DNA of 64,000 nucleotides from Ostrea edulis (Eukaryota): NCBI RefSeq assembly GCF_947568905.1, contig NC_079170.1, positions 3,906,001 to 3,970,000 of the forward strand, read 5' to 3'. Shown piece by piece: positions 63,144 to 64,000 of this stretch (position 1 is its first letter; each line of letters starts with the position of its first letter). The notes under the pieces were generated by a model. It saw only the letters and a program-made list of their open reading frames with translations, ran no database searches and was not told where the DNA came from. The position numbers and the translations under genes were made by a program.

Positions 63144-63273
63144 GACGGTGGATATTTAGATAAGTGGTGTGATGTTATTGATGGTAAACAGAAGACGGTG
63201 ACCTTGAATCTGAAGATTTGTGATGAAGACTGGACGTTTGGGGTCACTCTCTGTTACAGTACTACAAATCTAA
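63144..63273 (+). CDS. Isolated internal coding-like exon (DGGYLDKWCDVIDGKQKTVTLNLKICDEDWTFGVTLCYSTTNL)
   Basis: Strong acceptor tttattttgtag| and donor |gtaagt, 43 open codons. No partner exon identified. Confidence 0.45.
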
Positions 63274-63427
63274 GTAAGTACTCAGTAATAATGTAAGACT
63301 CAACTCTGTATCATGTTTATCTAATATATACATTGTAAAATCAAACACATATTGAATTAATTCACAAACAAAACAATGTTCTGTTAAACTCACAAACACA
63401 AGTACATGTTACACATCACAAACAGAG

Positions 63428-63680
63428 GACTGTAATGTACACAGGGCTGTAATTAATACGGGGATGTAATTAACACAGGGCTGTAATTAACACGGGGATG
63501 TAATTAACACGGGGCTGTAATTAACAAGCAGATGTAATTAACAAGTAGAAGGAATTAACACAGTGCTGTACATTATTCTGTGATTAGACATGTAATTAAC
63601 ACTGTGTTGGTAGATGTAATTAACACTGTGTTGGTAGATGTAATTAACACTGTAGAGCTGTGTAATTAACACTGTGATTA
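63428..63680. repeat. Short degenerate tandem repeats (gtaattaacac core)
   Basis: Seen directly; they lie in the 3' region of the NHL gene. Confidence 0.85.
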
Positions 63681-64000
63681 TAGATATTGGATTTTCTTCA
63701 CTTTAGCAGTGAGCCACTCAGCCACAAAGAGGTTGTCTCTGATGTCCACACATAAATCTAATGGACGGTCTAAATCACAGTGAATGTAACGGAGGAACTG
63801 TCCGTCCTGATCTAGGATGTGGATACGGTGATTGTTATAGTCTGCTGTCAGGATGTGACTCTGGCTGTCTGTAGTGATGCCGGCTGGTTTAAATGATTGC
63901 TCGGTATTAGAGGGATGACCAGTGTATCTAAATCGGAGTTTTCCTGACTGATTGACCACCACTACTGCACTAGCTAACCAGTCAGCCACACAGATATCCA
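63678..64000 (-). CDS. C-terminal NHL-repeat (beta-propeller) region of a mollusc TRIM/B-box-NHL-type protein; runs off the window
   Basis: [44 protein letters not shown] and PLDLCVD...[13 protein letters not shown] are typical of the expanded bivalve TRIM-NHL family. Confidence 0.88.
   Translation of the reverse strand, partial: DICVADWLASAVVVVNQSGKLRFRYTGHPSNTEQSFKPAGITTDSQSHILTADYNNHRIHILDQDGQFLRYIHCDLDRPLDLCVDIRDNLFVAEWLTAKVKKIQYL

Overview
AT-rich metazoan genomic DNA, most likely a bivalve (oyster-like; inferred from the repeat families and the TRIM-NHL type). It is not prokaryotic and has no CRISPR array. From left to right: (1) about 22.6 kb that looks like one large intron of a minus-strand testin/PET-LIM gene, whose Cys-rich exon (22617-22705) and two candidate first coding exons lie at 22.6-25.2 kb; (2) an intronless 921-aa signal-peptide, multipass membrane protein of unknown family ending in the PDZ-type motif ITDV; (3) a minimal hammerhead ribozyme within two permuted pieces of a ~350-nt retrozyme/Penelope-type repeat, which bracket a 90-bp tandem array and a secreted LRR-only gene; (4) a 3.8-kb satellite of 31-bp units; (5) an uninterrupted chimeric ORF in which a Bel/Pao gag capsid domain (DUF1759-type) is fused in frame to the C-terminal ~540 aa of a paralog of the membrane protein; (6) a complete 7.85-kb Harbinger transposon (39-bp perfect TIRs, CTG TSD, 4-exon DDE transposase, 4-exon Myb/SANT partner) inserted at the 5' end of that gag, carrying three 62-82 bp foldback mini-elements with 9-bp TSDs; (7) Helentron/HINE repeats, SINEs, a 200-N gap and the 3' end of a TRIM-NHL-type gene. 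The strongest candidate for something new is the gag-capsid/membrane-protein fusion with its head-to-head Harbinger neighbour. All family assignments come from motif recognition by eye; no searches were run.
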